From the NCBI GenBank assembly GCA_036172245.1, contig JAYWIR010000023.1:2728001-2792000 (forward strand): a stretch of 64,000 nucleotides of DNA. Reading direction: 5' to 3'. Made by a program: the position numbers and the translations under genes. The stretch comes from Raillietiella orientalis. Lineage: Eukaryota. The notes under the pieces are model-generated. The model made no database searches, had not been told where the DNA came from, and saw only the letters and a list, made by a program, of their open reading frames with translations. Below are positions 14,484-27,700 of the stretch, piece after piece; the first letter of the stretch is position 1; the number at the start of each line of letters is the position of its first letter.

Positions 14484-15253
14484 GTATGCTTTCCTTTATA
14501 ACGTGGATTATAGTAAGTTTTCTATATTTTTTAGCTACTATTTAGATACTGTTAGCATGGAAAGTTTCTTTTTTTTTTTTTGATTCTTAAACTGTAATTT
14601 AGGTAAGTAAACTGTTGTCAACTGAGGGTAGTCAGTTTTCTGGTTACATTGCAAAAAATAAGAAAGAACAGTGAAAGTAGAAAAGTTTTTTTGTTAGCGC
14701 GTTTCTACACTTGAGAAATTGAAATTCCCCTTGCGTGATTCAACTTGTTAAGGGTGATTGGGACCTTGCAATTTTTGAACAGCCTTTGCCGCGCCCTTCG
14801 TTTTCTAAAATATTCAACAAATGCTTCTTTCTGGGAAATCTCATATCCGAAAAACTCTATTTGTAAAGAGTTTCCCGAGAAGTTTATCGGAAGTCTTCCG
14901 AAGAAAGGCCAATAGTGGAACGTGGGAGTACTTCGTAAAATTTTTGAAATCCGTAATTTTGGATTTTTTCAGATATTGTTGACTGCTTCCCGTCGGGAAG
15001 GGATGAATTCTAAATTATGCTTTTTAGAATTCTTTATCTGAAGTAACTGTATTCTTTTAAAGTACCACGCGTTTGTAGCATTGCTCATGTTTTCACAATC
15101 GTTCTGTTTTTTTTTTTTGCAGTAAATTTTACATGGGCATTCTCTTTTCCAATTTGTGAAGATTTGCGTTTCCAGATATTTGTTTACTTTTGTGTACTTG
15201 CATGTTGCCTTACTGATGGAGCTTTTCAGCAGTGTTTGCCTTCCCTGTTTTAG

Positions 15254-17719
15254 ATACTGAACAAACTTTCAACGAAGACACAGACAGTTTTATTGTAGGA
15301 GATCGGATTTGGATGAATGGTATCAAGCCAGGAAGCATTCAATTCATTGGTGAAACACATTTTGCACCAGGAGAGTGGGCTGGCATTGTGCTTGATGAAC
15401 CAATTGGTACATGATTTAATTGTATTGTGGTGTGGTTCGGTGAGATGTAATGCCAGGATGGTAAAAAAAAAAAAAAAAAACAAAAAAAAAAAAACTGTTT
15501 TAGGGAAGAATGATGGATCCGTGTCAGGGAAGCGTTATTTCATGTGTGAGCCAAAACACGGAATTTTTGCGAGGCTTAACAAATTAACTCGTGAGCCATT
15601 GCATCAACTGGAATCTGAAATGTTCAAACAATCAAAGACCACAAAAAAAGCTTGTAATGAGCTTCGAGGAAATGATCATGGAGATGCTGTACGTGTAGGA
15701 AACACAAGTGAGCAAATTTGCTGCTAAAGTGCATCATGTCACTTTGCCTTCAGGTGATCTGAAGCTAGGTGAAAGAGTAATGGTTTTCAGTTCCTCTGGA
15801 ATCAAACATGGAATCTTGAAGTATTTGGGCCCTACAGATTTTGCACCTGGAAAATGGGCAGGAGTAGAGCTGGATGAACCTTCAGGGAAAAATAATGGAT
15901 CAGTAGCTGGAAAGCGGTGAGTATAAAATAAATGTTAGTTGTTGGCCAAAACCGAAATCTAGGTACTTTGTTTGTCTGGCAAATTATGGCCTTTTTGCAC
16001 CTGAACACAAAGTGAAGCCTGTGAGAGCACAAGGAACAGTTCCCGGAGTGACTGATCTGATGCCCTTGGAATTTCGCATGAGTTCTCCAGACAGTGTGAC
16101 TTCAAATTCTAGCATGGCATCTAATACATCCAAATCAAGAAATGTAAGTACTATTTTCTGAGACATGCATTTATGTTCGGTTTTCCAGAAACCCAGTTGC
16201 AGCCTGTCCAGAGTACCCAAAATGAATGTTGACTGGAAAGTAAGTTCAAGAATTTTTCACTGCTATTTAATTTTTATTTTGCTAATCCTGTTACCTATGA
16301 ATGTAAGTTTAAGATGGTGGTAGATCTACAAGTGAAAAAAAATTAATAATTTTTTCAACTTGCTGTCCTCTTTCTGATCACATTGCTAGAGCATTCTAAT
16401 TCCATTGGGAATTACTAACAATAAGTTTTTAAAAAAAAAAAAATTAAATGTTCCAATGATGTTATTTGTCGTCAGGGTGACTACTACTGACAGAAGTCAG
16501 CAATGTGACCACGATCAGAAAAAGGAGCAGAGGCGTGCCATATATTCAATCCTTAATTTGATGCAATCTCATTTTTTTTTTTTTTTTTTTTTCTCCTTAA
16601 TAAATGAAATGTGTTTCTCATTCATGGTTTATCATTATCAATATATATGACCAGTTTGTATCATTAAAGTTGCAAGGTATATTTCTAGAATCTTTTGCAA
16701 GAAGGCAAGGAGCTGAGGCAGTTACAGGTGGAATTTGAACAAAGCCAAATGCAAGTGTCTGAACTAACACAACTACTGGATGAGAAAGAAAGTGAAAAAA
16801 TTGAATTAGAGAAACAACTTAATAAGGTTGTGTGTTTGCTTATATCTTGCAGTGTGTGCTGCATGTGTCTTTTTTTTGTATTTAGGAGAAAGAGTGTTGT
16901 AAATGTTTAGGCCATGAAGTTTGTATCTTAAAGCAAGGGTTCGAAAAATTAATTGTACAAATTGAAGAGCAAAAGAACAAAAATGAGGAAATGGAGTTTA
17001 TAATGAGAGAAAAAATGTATGAAGGTGATTTTAAAGTGAGTATGTCAATGCTTATTAAAATACATTTTTATTTCAAGTGTTCCAATGAACATCTATCAAC
17101 ACAGATGAATGATTTGGAATCAGTCTTACAAAATTGCAGGATACCAAGTCAGAATTCGCATGCATCAAAAATTTCAGGCAAATTGGGAGAAACACAAGAT
17201 AATGATCTAAAACAAGGAGGGATGTCAGAAATTCCAACCGAAAGTGCGTAGTAGCAATTGTAACATTGACAATAGCAATTGTCACATGACTGTGTTTCAG
17301 ATTATGCAGACGCTGAGTTGGAAAACACTGATATCAATATGTGGCTTCAGAGTCCAGATGCTGACTTACAACAAAAAATTTTCTATAGTTTATTAGAAGC
17401 AAAATCGAAACAAGTGGGTTAAACTACGTTATTACTCATGATTATGGTAAAAATCAGATAGATATGCTTACAATGGAGTGTGCTGCCCAGGCTAAAAAGA
17501 TAGAGGATCTCATACTGGAAAAAGAAGAATACACAAAGAAGAAAGAACTGGAAATTTACGAATTACAGGAAGCGAATCTTATTGCTGAAGGGCGTAATAA
17601 TGAATTGCAGGTATTCGGAGTAGTGAAAATCGTGCATGCTTTTACTTTGCTTTTTCTAATAACAAGAACTCAGTGATATAATCTGCCTTTCTTTTCAATT
17701 GCAATTTTTTGTTTTGGTG

Positions 17720-17761
<42 letters not shown>

Positions 17762-19315
17762 CTCTGATTTCTACCTTTCATGAGCTGGATAGTAATCTAT
17801 ACTTGTTGCCATGCAATGTTTTAAAGGCTTTTATATGAGGTACTATGAGATGTGTTTGGCTTCAGCATACTAATATCAGAATATTCATTTCTGAGAAACT
17901 CTTAGTGTACCTCAACGCCTTTTCTTATGTATAAGAAATTTTGACTCAGTAACCTTATTTTTCATGTGTTCAAGATGGAAAATGAAGAACTCCGGCTTTG
18001 CCTAAAACAGCTTTCTTCAATTCAAAGTTCTGATAATACAGAAACATTTGACGGTATTCTGCTTGAGGGGCAACCCAGTGAGAACAAAAGTATTTTGTCT
18101 GATGTGAAGCCAAGTTGCATATTGCCCGAACCTGAGCAAAAGGAAAATTTACTCATAGCAGAAGAGAATAAAGTAGAAGCTCTAAAAACTGAACTGCTGC
18201 GCCTTAAACAATCTTTCAACACTCACAGACAAAGTCTTCTGGAAGAATTGACCAAAACACAGAAAGAAGCTGAAGAATTAAAAATGATGCGTGCTCAATG
18301 GGAACACGAGCAACATAACATTGAGCAACTACAAAGTCGATTGGATCAGTCAGAGGTTGCAAAGACTGAACTTGCAAAACAGCTAGTGGAACTCCTAGGG
18401 TCTGCTCAAGAAAACAAACAAGAATTTTCACAACCAATTCCTGATCTTGAAGCTAAACTTAGCACCCAGGAACATGAACTTGCAAAGCTTAAACAAGAGA
18501 CAGCACGTTATAAGCAAGAATGCGAGGAATTGCTCAAACAAATAAGTGAGCTAACACTATCACTGAAGAAGAATGAGAACCAGCGAAAGGATCTAGAAAG
18601 ATTGACAAGTGAGTTAAGAGACCAAGCTGAGAGGGATAAGAACCGCATTTCTGAATTGCAAGCCTCTTTACTATATGATCAAGTGAAGGAGCTCGAAAAC
18701 AAAGAGACAAATACAAGTGGTGTGTGGACCAAGCAAGGAACAGCAGATTTCTGTGATGTAACAAACAAGTTGCAAGTCCAAGACGAAGCAGAGTATCCAT
18801 ACATGTCGTGTTCAAGTAATAACGATCCCATCCTATCACAAACTGTTCAGCAGACAGATGCACAACAGATAAATGCAGAGGAGCAAATCAGATTTCTGAA
18901 TAGCGTCATTGCTGATGTGTATAATAAAAATGAAGAACTTCAAGCACGACTAGAAGTCATGGAGACCAATGCTATGCATCACAGTGAACTCTTGTTGTAA
19001 GTGCATATTGCCTAGTGGCATTTCTCTGAGTGTAAATTTTTTCTGTCTCTTTAGAGACAGTCCAAAGTCTGATAACAGACAGCGCTTGTTTTGTGAATCC
19101 TGTGATTGCTTCGATCATCATGACACTGAGAACTGCCCTAAACAAAGATCTCCAGAAACCCATCATTTGCACCCTGTAAATCACCAACATCAAGAAGAGA
19201 GAGCTTACTGTGATTGCTGTGAAGGTAAGTTCATGGAAAAGATGACATGCTTGTATGTCTTCTAGTGTTTGGCCACTCCACATCCTGCTGTGATGAAACC
19301 TACTTAGAATTTTGA
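15254..19315 (+). CDS. CLIP1: CLIP-170/CLIP-190 (restin)-like microtubule plus-end tracking protein; multi-exon, first coding exon lies upstream (candidates 7743-7818, 14408-14483)
   Basis: Two CAP-Gly domains across GT-AG introns ([83 protein letters not shown]), a long coiled coil (16689-18996), then two C-terminal zinc knuckles ([35 protein letters not shown]). Ends DETYLEF* with TGA at 19313-19315. Confidence 0.93.
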
Positions 19316-19329
19316 AAAGCTTTTTCGCA

Positions 19330-19346
19330 TTTATTCAGAAAATAAA
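19330..19346. terminator. Back-to-back poly(A) signals: AATAAA (+, 19341-19346, CLIP) and AATAAA (-, 19335-19330, RPB11)
   Basis: TTTATT-cagaa-AATAAA lies in the 59-nt gap between the two convergent stop codons. Confidence 0.7.
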
Positions 19347-19374
19347 TGACACTATTGAGCACATCTTTGTGCTA

Positions 19375-20897
19375 TCATTCCAGTCCTTCCTGCTTATCAC
19401 GAACTGCTTCCTACAAAGATAGTTAGCATCAATGGCACACTTACCAATAATTAGGCATACCTTAAAACGCTCTTCCATGAGACTCAATTCAGATATTAGA
19501 TCAGTGATGGCATTCATTAGTGCATCTTGTGGTGAATAATCTGAAACTGTCTGAATCCGGAGAATAAAACGGTATTCCAATGGGTGAGGAACTTTGTATC
19601 CAGCAAACAGTACATTTGGATCCTTTAACAGTTGACTAAATCACATTAAGCATTACTTACAATCACAATACTTCCGCAACAAGCACAGTCATAACAAACA
19701 ACCAATGTGAATCAAATGTCATTCATTATAAATACAAAACTCCTTGAACAGAAAACTCCCTGGTGGACAAATTGTACATACACTACCATCATACAGAGAA
19801 TCACAAATAACCAGCTTCCATAACTACTGATCATGAATAAAAGCTGGTTCTTCGGGTTTTCGGAGTTTTTATTTTCACTTTGCAATTTGCATTCAAAATT
19901 CAAGTTGAAGAAATCCGGATACTTTCTAATCAGTAGTTAATTTAACTTTACTAGCAACTTTTTACTCCCCTGAAATGCTTTAAGCAAGGTCTGATGTGAA
20001 AATCAATCTGATCATAATCAGATGCTTAAAGCATTTGATCAGTTCAAATTAAGAATTTATTTGGACTTTTGCGTATTGAAATTTGGTGATGCAAGTATCT
20101 ACTTGGTGTATTGTAATTCCAGTGCTGGTAGAGGAATATTTATCACGTGGTATCAACCCTAAACAATGAATGCAGGGAAATACAAATTAAATTATACGTA
20201 CTTATTCCACCTGAACTAATTTATTATCTCATATGAAATGGGGCACGGTCAATTTCCAATTCCTAAAACAAAATATCATTACTCTAACTAAAGATAATTA
20301 ATGACACGCATGATAATTGAAACTTTGCAATAATCTTTTATGATTACCGAGAAGGGGTGCAGAATAAATGGATTACCGTTGCATGATACCGATACGTGAT
20401 TGTTATTTGAATGCATGATGTCCCTTACATAGAAACATTTACGTGGATTCTTTACCGAACCTATGTGTAACGATAACTCATAATTACCCTACAAAGGTAA
20501 GGATGGTATTCACAAACTGACCACTCGAATTCAAAACAACTTACTGTCTTATTAGATTACCAAGTGTATGATCTTCTTTATTAATAGTAAAAATGGCAGC
20601 ATTAGGAACTTTTGTGTCTTGTTCTCTTAAAATTCTGAAAAGAATTCTTGGTGTTATTTCGAAACGATAAAACCTGATAATATGTCACTGAAACAATTAT
20701 CAGCAATATCTACTCCACTTCAGCAAAACATCAATATTTATACACTTTTACTAAAGTGTAAACTTAATAACAGTTATCATGTCATGCAGTGACCAACACA
20801 AAATTCATTAACGTAAAGAACGGTTCTCCAGGAGATAAACTCACTTTTTTTCACCTTCAAATAACAGAAAGGATTCGAATGTTGGAGGAGCATTCAT
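19375..20897 (-). CDS. RPB11: RNA polymerase II subunit RPB11; exons 20897-20845, 20634-20545, 19635-19461, 19410-19375; 117 aa
   Basis: Spliced translation [117 protein letters not shown] is the highly conserved RPB11/POLR2J sequence. All phases are consistent. Confidence 0.98.
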
Positions 20898-23800
20898 TTT
20901 TTATTCACCAAGCATTTACAACCATAAATGTTCACTGGCTATTGGCTCCATCCTCCGCAATATTTTCTACGTTAGGAGCATTTCATATTCTCTCTCGTCT
21001 GTGTTCGGACTTACCAGCTCTCCAACTACAATAGTCATGAACGAACTGGATGACTTCCACAACTTCAGTTTTTATTTCTTTGATTAGATAATAATTAAAG
21101 CTTATGAAATGAAAATATCACTTTTAAAAACTTTTCTAATGTATATTCAGAAGCAAATTTTTGAAGGATCCAAATTTAAAAAGCAAATTTTTAGTGATTT
21201 TAACAGATCGTCAATTTATTCTGAAATAATGAACGCAAGATATCATTATACATAAAGACAAAAGTTCAGTTGAAAATTATCATTTATATCTTCCGTTATG
21301 TATTATAATGCTTATCTTCTTCAGTCTACGAAGAGGAAAAAACATGGATTGCTTGAAAAACGTAGAGATGTAGAATGAACCATAGAACATGAAAAAAGGC
21401 CACACGTTCTCTTTCTGTAAAATTAAAGAAAGTTGATTTACATTCGCTAAGCTTGTACTGTTAAATTTTAAAGTTCTATTTCAAGAATGAGACTAATTTA
21501 GGCTATGGATTAGGGTTGTGGGATCGAAGTATCCACTTGGACGAATCAGTAATTTAGAAAAAGAATGCGCCCCGAGTTGCAAACAATAGTTAAACACACA
21601 CATACACATTCATATGTGTATATGAAAGAAATGAGCATACATGTATTCATATTGCGTATACATATTCATATAGATGTCTCTCGAGTGCAAGTTCTCTACT
21701 GTTACATCTGTAAATTTCAAGACATTCAATTTTCCATATCCACTTTAATCATGTATTATATATAGAATTCATAATGAGCATTTGATTTCACAATTCTCTA
21801 AAACTTACAGTGACTCTATGTTTGTTTTTCTTGCCTATTAGCATGAAATGTTCGACTCCTTGTGGACTTTCTTGTTAAACTGAATGTTCTTTCTGTGCAG
21901 CCACAGTCTTTTTCTTTTGCTGTATTTTTTTGATCTCTTTCTTCGATGTTGCTTTCATTTAAAACTATTTCCTCTTTCATAACATCATGTTTCTTCCTCC
22001 ATAGCACGGATTCGTCCTTGAATTTTCTGTGTTTACTAGTAAGAAAGATACATGATATTTTCCAGGACTATGGGCTTACTGTGTGCATCTCTTCTACGGC
22101 ATATTGAATTATGTTGCTCATATCCTAGAAGCTGCTGGAGAGACGCAGCAGCTTCTTAGTATTTAATTTTATTAGTAACACTGATAATAATTAATGACTA
22201 AAAATGAATGAATAAATGCACTAAAACGCATTTACGGATTACTCAAAGGTAAGCATTATTATAGTACTAAAGTTAGTCCTATTGAACTATTCGCAAATTT
22301 TCCTCAAGCCACGACTATAGATGAGTAATCAGGTTTGTGCTTACTTACAACCGGAAAAAAAAATCGTGAGAACAATTTAAAAAAAAATTGCTTCCTTTTT
22401 TTTTTTCACCGTCGATATAACTTTTAAGTATCCTGCTATCAAGAATAGGAATGCAGCATCGTTTTTCTTCTTCAATCACCTCTTTTGTTATATTCTTTTT
22501 TTTCTTCTCCAAGGATTCGAGCATCCAAAAACCTGAATCATGGAAATGAACAGCTCACTTGTGGTGTAAAACCATTACTATCTTTGTCTTAAGACGGGAG
22601 CCGAATTGTATTTTAAGCAATTGATCACAAATAGAACCGGATGCACCTTACTCATGTTTCCAAACTCATTTCTCAATTCTTTTGCAATTCTCTCCTACTA
22701 TGCTGAGACTTGAGTTTTGGTGCATTTATGTAATCAGTGATATCAGAATCAGTCTCGATTTAAAGTAGTTCGCAACACAAAACTTTATTAAAAATTTCAT
22801 ACACTGCTATCGTAATATATATTTCTATTGTTTTATCTGATCTTGCTCCATGACTCTTCCTGATTTCCAACATTTTAGCAAATTGGATTGTTCTAGAATT
22901 TATTGGAATTTTTAAAAAAGATTATCATTGGATTCTGCTTTTACAAATAAAGAGTTGTCTATTTGTAATTCTGATTCCCTATGCTATAATCATTTAGAAA
23001 TATTTTTTTTTCTTTTTTATAAAAAGTTGAATTTGATATCAGTGTGCACATTAAAAGGTTGTGATAAATTCATTTCTTTCATTTTTTTTCATTACTCTAA
23101 TATGAAATTTAGTCTAACAGTTATATTTCCACTAAACACTATATTCACACTGATGATAAATCTGACAGTAACGAATGAATAGACACGTCAATTAGGGCTA
23201 AATAAATTTTGAATTGTCGAAAGTAATGATACTTCGTAGATTGAATTCAAACCCTAGTAAATTTGATGCATACAACTGATTGCTGGTCAGTTCCGTTTTC
23301 CGTCTCAAATGAATGGGAACTGTGCAAATATCTTTGTGCACCGATGCTTTCATTTGTTCCTCTCTTCCATATGGAATTCCTTATGCATGTAATATTGATG
23401 TTCATCTGGTGTGTGCTACACTCAAGATATTCAACACTAGATGACCTTGATTGCACAATAATCGCACAAGAATCAAACAATGATTCTTTTACAGATGTGA
23501 TAAGTGATAATAACAGATCATGGAAAGGAATATGCAATTACAAAATAGTGAAGTTCAGTCTGAATGATCAAAAGATGCAGAATTTTTAAGAAGCTTCTAA
23601 AAAGTTCCTTCAAAGAAGAATCTTTTAAGAGATTAGAATTATTTCACTCTCATGAAGGTTGCATCTAGAATACGCTGTGATGGCGTGCATGTTTCTAGGT
23701 GAGGTGCAGACGAAGGATGGTGGTGGGATATGGGCAGTGTGGTTCGTTGTTCACTTTGGTTGATTCATTCTAAGCTATTCTAAATGCAAAAGTTTCTTTA

Positions 23801-24781
23801 CTAGGTACATGGCGATTTAGTGACACAAGCATGCCCGTTTTTCATTCAGATTTCTCTTTTTGCTTCAGAGTCTGCTACTAACACGACATTCACTCATTTT
23901 AATGCATAGTTTTCGCATCAACTTCGAATTTTTTCTCATGTTCGCCTTCATCCTTAAGTTTATTAAACATTAAGAACTGAATACGTGTTTGTTTGTTTTT
24001 TTAGAACAATTCGAGTTTTAGTTGCAATCCGATATTTCTTTCACTTTAAGATGTGTAAAAGGAACTGAGGTAGTTTCCACTCATCTAATCACAGCGAGAT
24101 ATAATCTTTGAAATTTAGAAGGTTTCGTGAACTTTAGCAAAAAAAAAAAGAAGGAAAGAAAGTGCTCTCCTAGTAATTAAATTTTACTTAAGATATAATT
24201 GTCATCTCAGAAAATCAGACTAAACATAATTCAAATATGCTTTGCACTTCGTAATAATGAAAATATGGTACTGTGGATACAAAAATAAATTACATATAAT
24301 CACGGCTTTGCACATGCATTTTGCACATACATTCTAGAAATTTATTGTCTACATTTGTGAAATCTAAATTTGCAACTTCATTATATGATAGTGCATTTTA
24401 TAATTATATAAAAGTGAAATCAACGGCAAGGAACTCTGCTGTTTTCCACCCACGTTTGATTGTTACTTCACAAGTATGAAGGAATGCTTGTTGTGTGTGT
24501 GGTACTGTTGCGAGTCTTCGTAATGGACGGTTCAAAGTTTGTATACCAGTTTGTCACGAAGCGGAGTAAATGAAGAAAACAGTTGTGTCCGTGTGCACGA
24601 GTTCATGGGAGTGAATAATCCGGTTTACATCTTTCAGTTTCCTGAAGACGCCTGTGCTATCGATGAAGAATGGTTGATGAAACGTGAAACTGACTGTCGT
24701 ATTTTAAATCATAGTTCATGTTCCCATGGAATGCTACCGTGTTAATGTAAATTGCTTTATGAAAAGAAATGGAAAAATAAA

Positions 24782-27700
24782 ATGATTAGTCCACCGGAAC
24801 CAAAAGATTCTTCGGTAAGTGTATTGCTTGAAAAGTTTGTTTTATAGTCGGAAAAATGCCCATACTGTTTTACGTGATAACAGTAAAATAGCATTTTTCG
24901 AAGCAAGTAAACAATTGATTAAATGTATATAAAACTGGGCTTACGTGCATAAAAGTCAGGGATATCAGAATGATATTCCAGCTACTTTTTTCGCTGTTCT
25001 GTAAAAAAATGTGTTATTTTCATAATTTGTTAGTATTTTACTCAGCTTCTAGGGCATTCGGAGATGTTTTGAATTGGTATTTTGTGACCACAAGTACTTC
25101 TGACTGTTGCTCATTTTTCTGATTTTTTCAAGGATATATTTTTTAAACAAACTCGGAGACTTCGTATATTCGAGGAGCCGTATTGCCCACGTTATAGCGC
25201 TCTTGTAGCAGTTTCTAACAAATATGGATTTGTTTTCGTTGGAACACCAAATAACTTAACAGGTTAGTAATCAAATTTTTATATCTGTTAAAAATACCCG
25301 AAGTCTAAAGTCCGTAATTTGCCATTTGTATCATAAAATCCGCATTAAATGTATTTGTATTTAAATGAGATTCCATTAAACTCAGAACTTATGGAGTTTA
25401 AGACCATTTACACAGATACGTATAAATATTGAAACTTCATAATTTTAATTTTAAATAACATAAAGCATTAGCACATCTTTCTTAGTGCCAATGCACCAAT
25501 ACGTAGTTACTAATATTTTTGGGTAGCATATATCATGGTTTCATTGTTCAAGTTTTGTTTACCATCAGTTATTACTTGCATAAAGGTCCATTGGACATTC
25601 CTTTCATTTGTTACTTTTGTTTGTGTCCATATTCCCTACAGAATATCTATAGAATGTCCTTGCATAAACTTATTTAAAGCATCCATATAAAACTGAACAT
25701 ACCATCTATATTGTACACTTATATTACAAGTTACTCCTATATTTGCAGCAGGTTTATGTGGATTTGTGTTTTCCGTCCTTAAATTGTAATGGATGGCATT
25801 GCTATCTTTGTTCTTTTATCAATGTCTGTCTGCATTATTGTTGAAAGTTCCATTCTTACTTTGCAAAATCTGATTAAGATTAACCATGATTTTATTTCAT
25901 AATATGACCTTAAGCAGATCATTCATAATTAAACATAGATTCCATGCATTGTAAGTTTGAATAAATATAAATTTTTTAGTAGCAGCAGCAGTGTTGTCTG
26001 AATTTATAAAGACTTTATATGCAAACTTTGTATACAATTCTTGTTTTTGAATCACTTTAGGGTTTATTTTTGGTATCTTGTTTGTTCCTAGTTTCCTACT
26101 AGTTCCAAGTTTGGCAAAGTAGGGAGAGGAGAGTTGCCATTTTAATCTTCCTGTGAATTGAAGTTCTTGTCTGTATTCTTGACTTTTTTCATTTTTCCTA
26201 TTTGCTCCCCTTAAGTTGCATTTGTTGATTCTGAGTTGCCCAGAATCCATGGAGGGTTTGACACTTGCAAGTGAAAGAATTTCTGTAGGGCTAAATTATT
26301 ATTGTTTCTGAACTGATCTGTATTATTTATATGAACACGAGCATTTTTGGATTGCAATAGCTTTACAGACCATGCTTCCATACCAGTCAGTACCTTAATT
26401 CACAAATCCTTTGATTGACTCAGTGTTTGCATAGTATGCATCTTGCTGTTTTAGTTATTCATTTTCTTTCAGCAATCTTCAGTCTGCTTACCTATTTTTA
26501 ACAGAACGTTGTTTTTGAAAAAAGTGATGTATATATTAGCACATTTTTGTTTTCATTTTTTGTTTTTAACTATTTATATTGTTTTCAGCTGATTGAAAGT
26601 TTTCATATAGTTTTCGTATGTATTCAATTTACGTAATTATGTTACATAATTACGTAAATTTCTGTATGTGGAAAATGCTTTACAGTGTTATGATTTAATG
26701 ACATACTGTAATGAGATCATTGTTCTTACTGATCTTTCCAATAATGCTGTTTTTAAAACATTTGAAAACGATTTAAATAATCTTGATGTAGTTCGTACGC
26801 AATTCTTTTAGAACTTATGTGGTGTTTAATAGGATTCTTTCAGTATTGAAATATATGCATTTCCTTCAGCACATATATTTTTTAGTTCTCAGTAGTGCAG
26901 AGATTCACAAGTACAAAGTGGATCAGAATAGATCAGAAATCACTGAATTTCAAAAGGAAGTTGTCACCCTGGTAGGGTCACCAACACATCTGGCTCTTAG
27001 TTCTTCGAATCTTACTTTAGGTGTTGTTTTGTGTCATGAACTGAAATTATATATTTCATTCTATGATGTTCGAAGTTTTATCAGTCAGGTAAGTGCTCTT
27101 CATTGGATTTTTATCACTGAATATGTGTAAAATCTTAATGTCACTAAGCATTATTGCTATGCCTTGTGCTGAGCAATTTGAGGTTTTAATGATTATTGAA
27201 GATTTGAAAACAAAGTTCAGGAATACAATTTTCCTTGTTCTTCCTTGACTTAATGGACAAGTTTTCTACCTTTGGTTATTTCAGAAATCTAATTGGAAAC
27301 CATTCCATCAAATGCCCCTGTCACTTGTTGTAAATGTTTCTGTGACAAATTTAAGCTTCAATCCTGTGATCGATGATATGCTGGCTGCATGCATTAATAA
27401 TGGAAGCTTAATTTTGATTCAGCTGAAATCAATACAATCCGTGGACATCAAAACATTTCCACCAGCTTCTGCTATTTGGTAAGCATATTGAAATTTTCAC
27501 TGATTTACAGTTTATCTCTAGTTGCATTTGTTGGAGTCCTAAAGGAAAGCAGTTATCTGCAGGGCGGGCAGATGGCCATATTATTCAATGTAACTTTGAT
27601 CTGAAAATTGTCAAATCCATTTCTCCACCACCATGCTTTCAAGATTCATTTTGTGTTGTTAGTCTACTTTGGATTTCCAACTATGTATTCTTAGCGTCAT

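Noticed and set aside
20478..20505. TAATTACCCTACAAAG|GTAAGG resembling a nematode spliced-leader exon
   Set aside because: Lacks the GGT(T/A) 5' start and a downstream Sm site; lies antisense in an intron.
20684..20793. GTCACTG/CAGTGAC inverted repeat flanking CTGA boxes in RPB11 intron 1 (possible C/D snoRNA or SECIS)
   Set aside because: No good RTGATGA C box next to the stem, D box too far from the stem, no recognisable rRNA guide, and no selenoprotein context.
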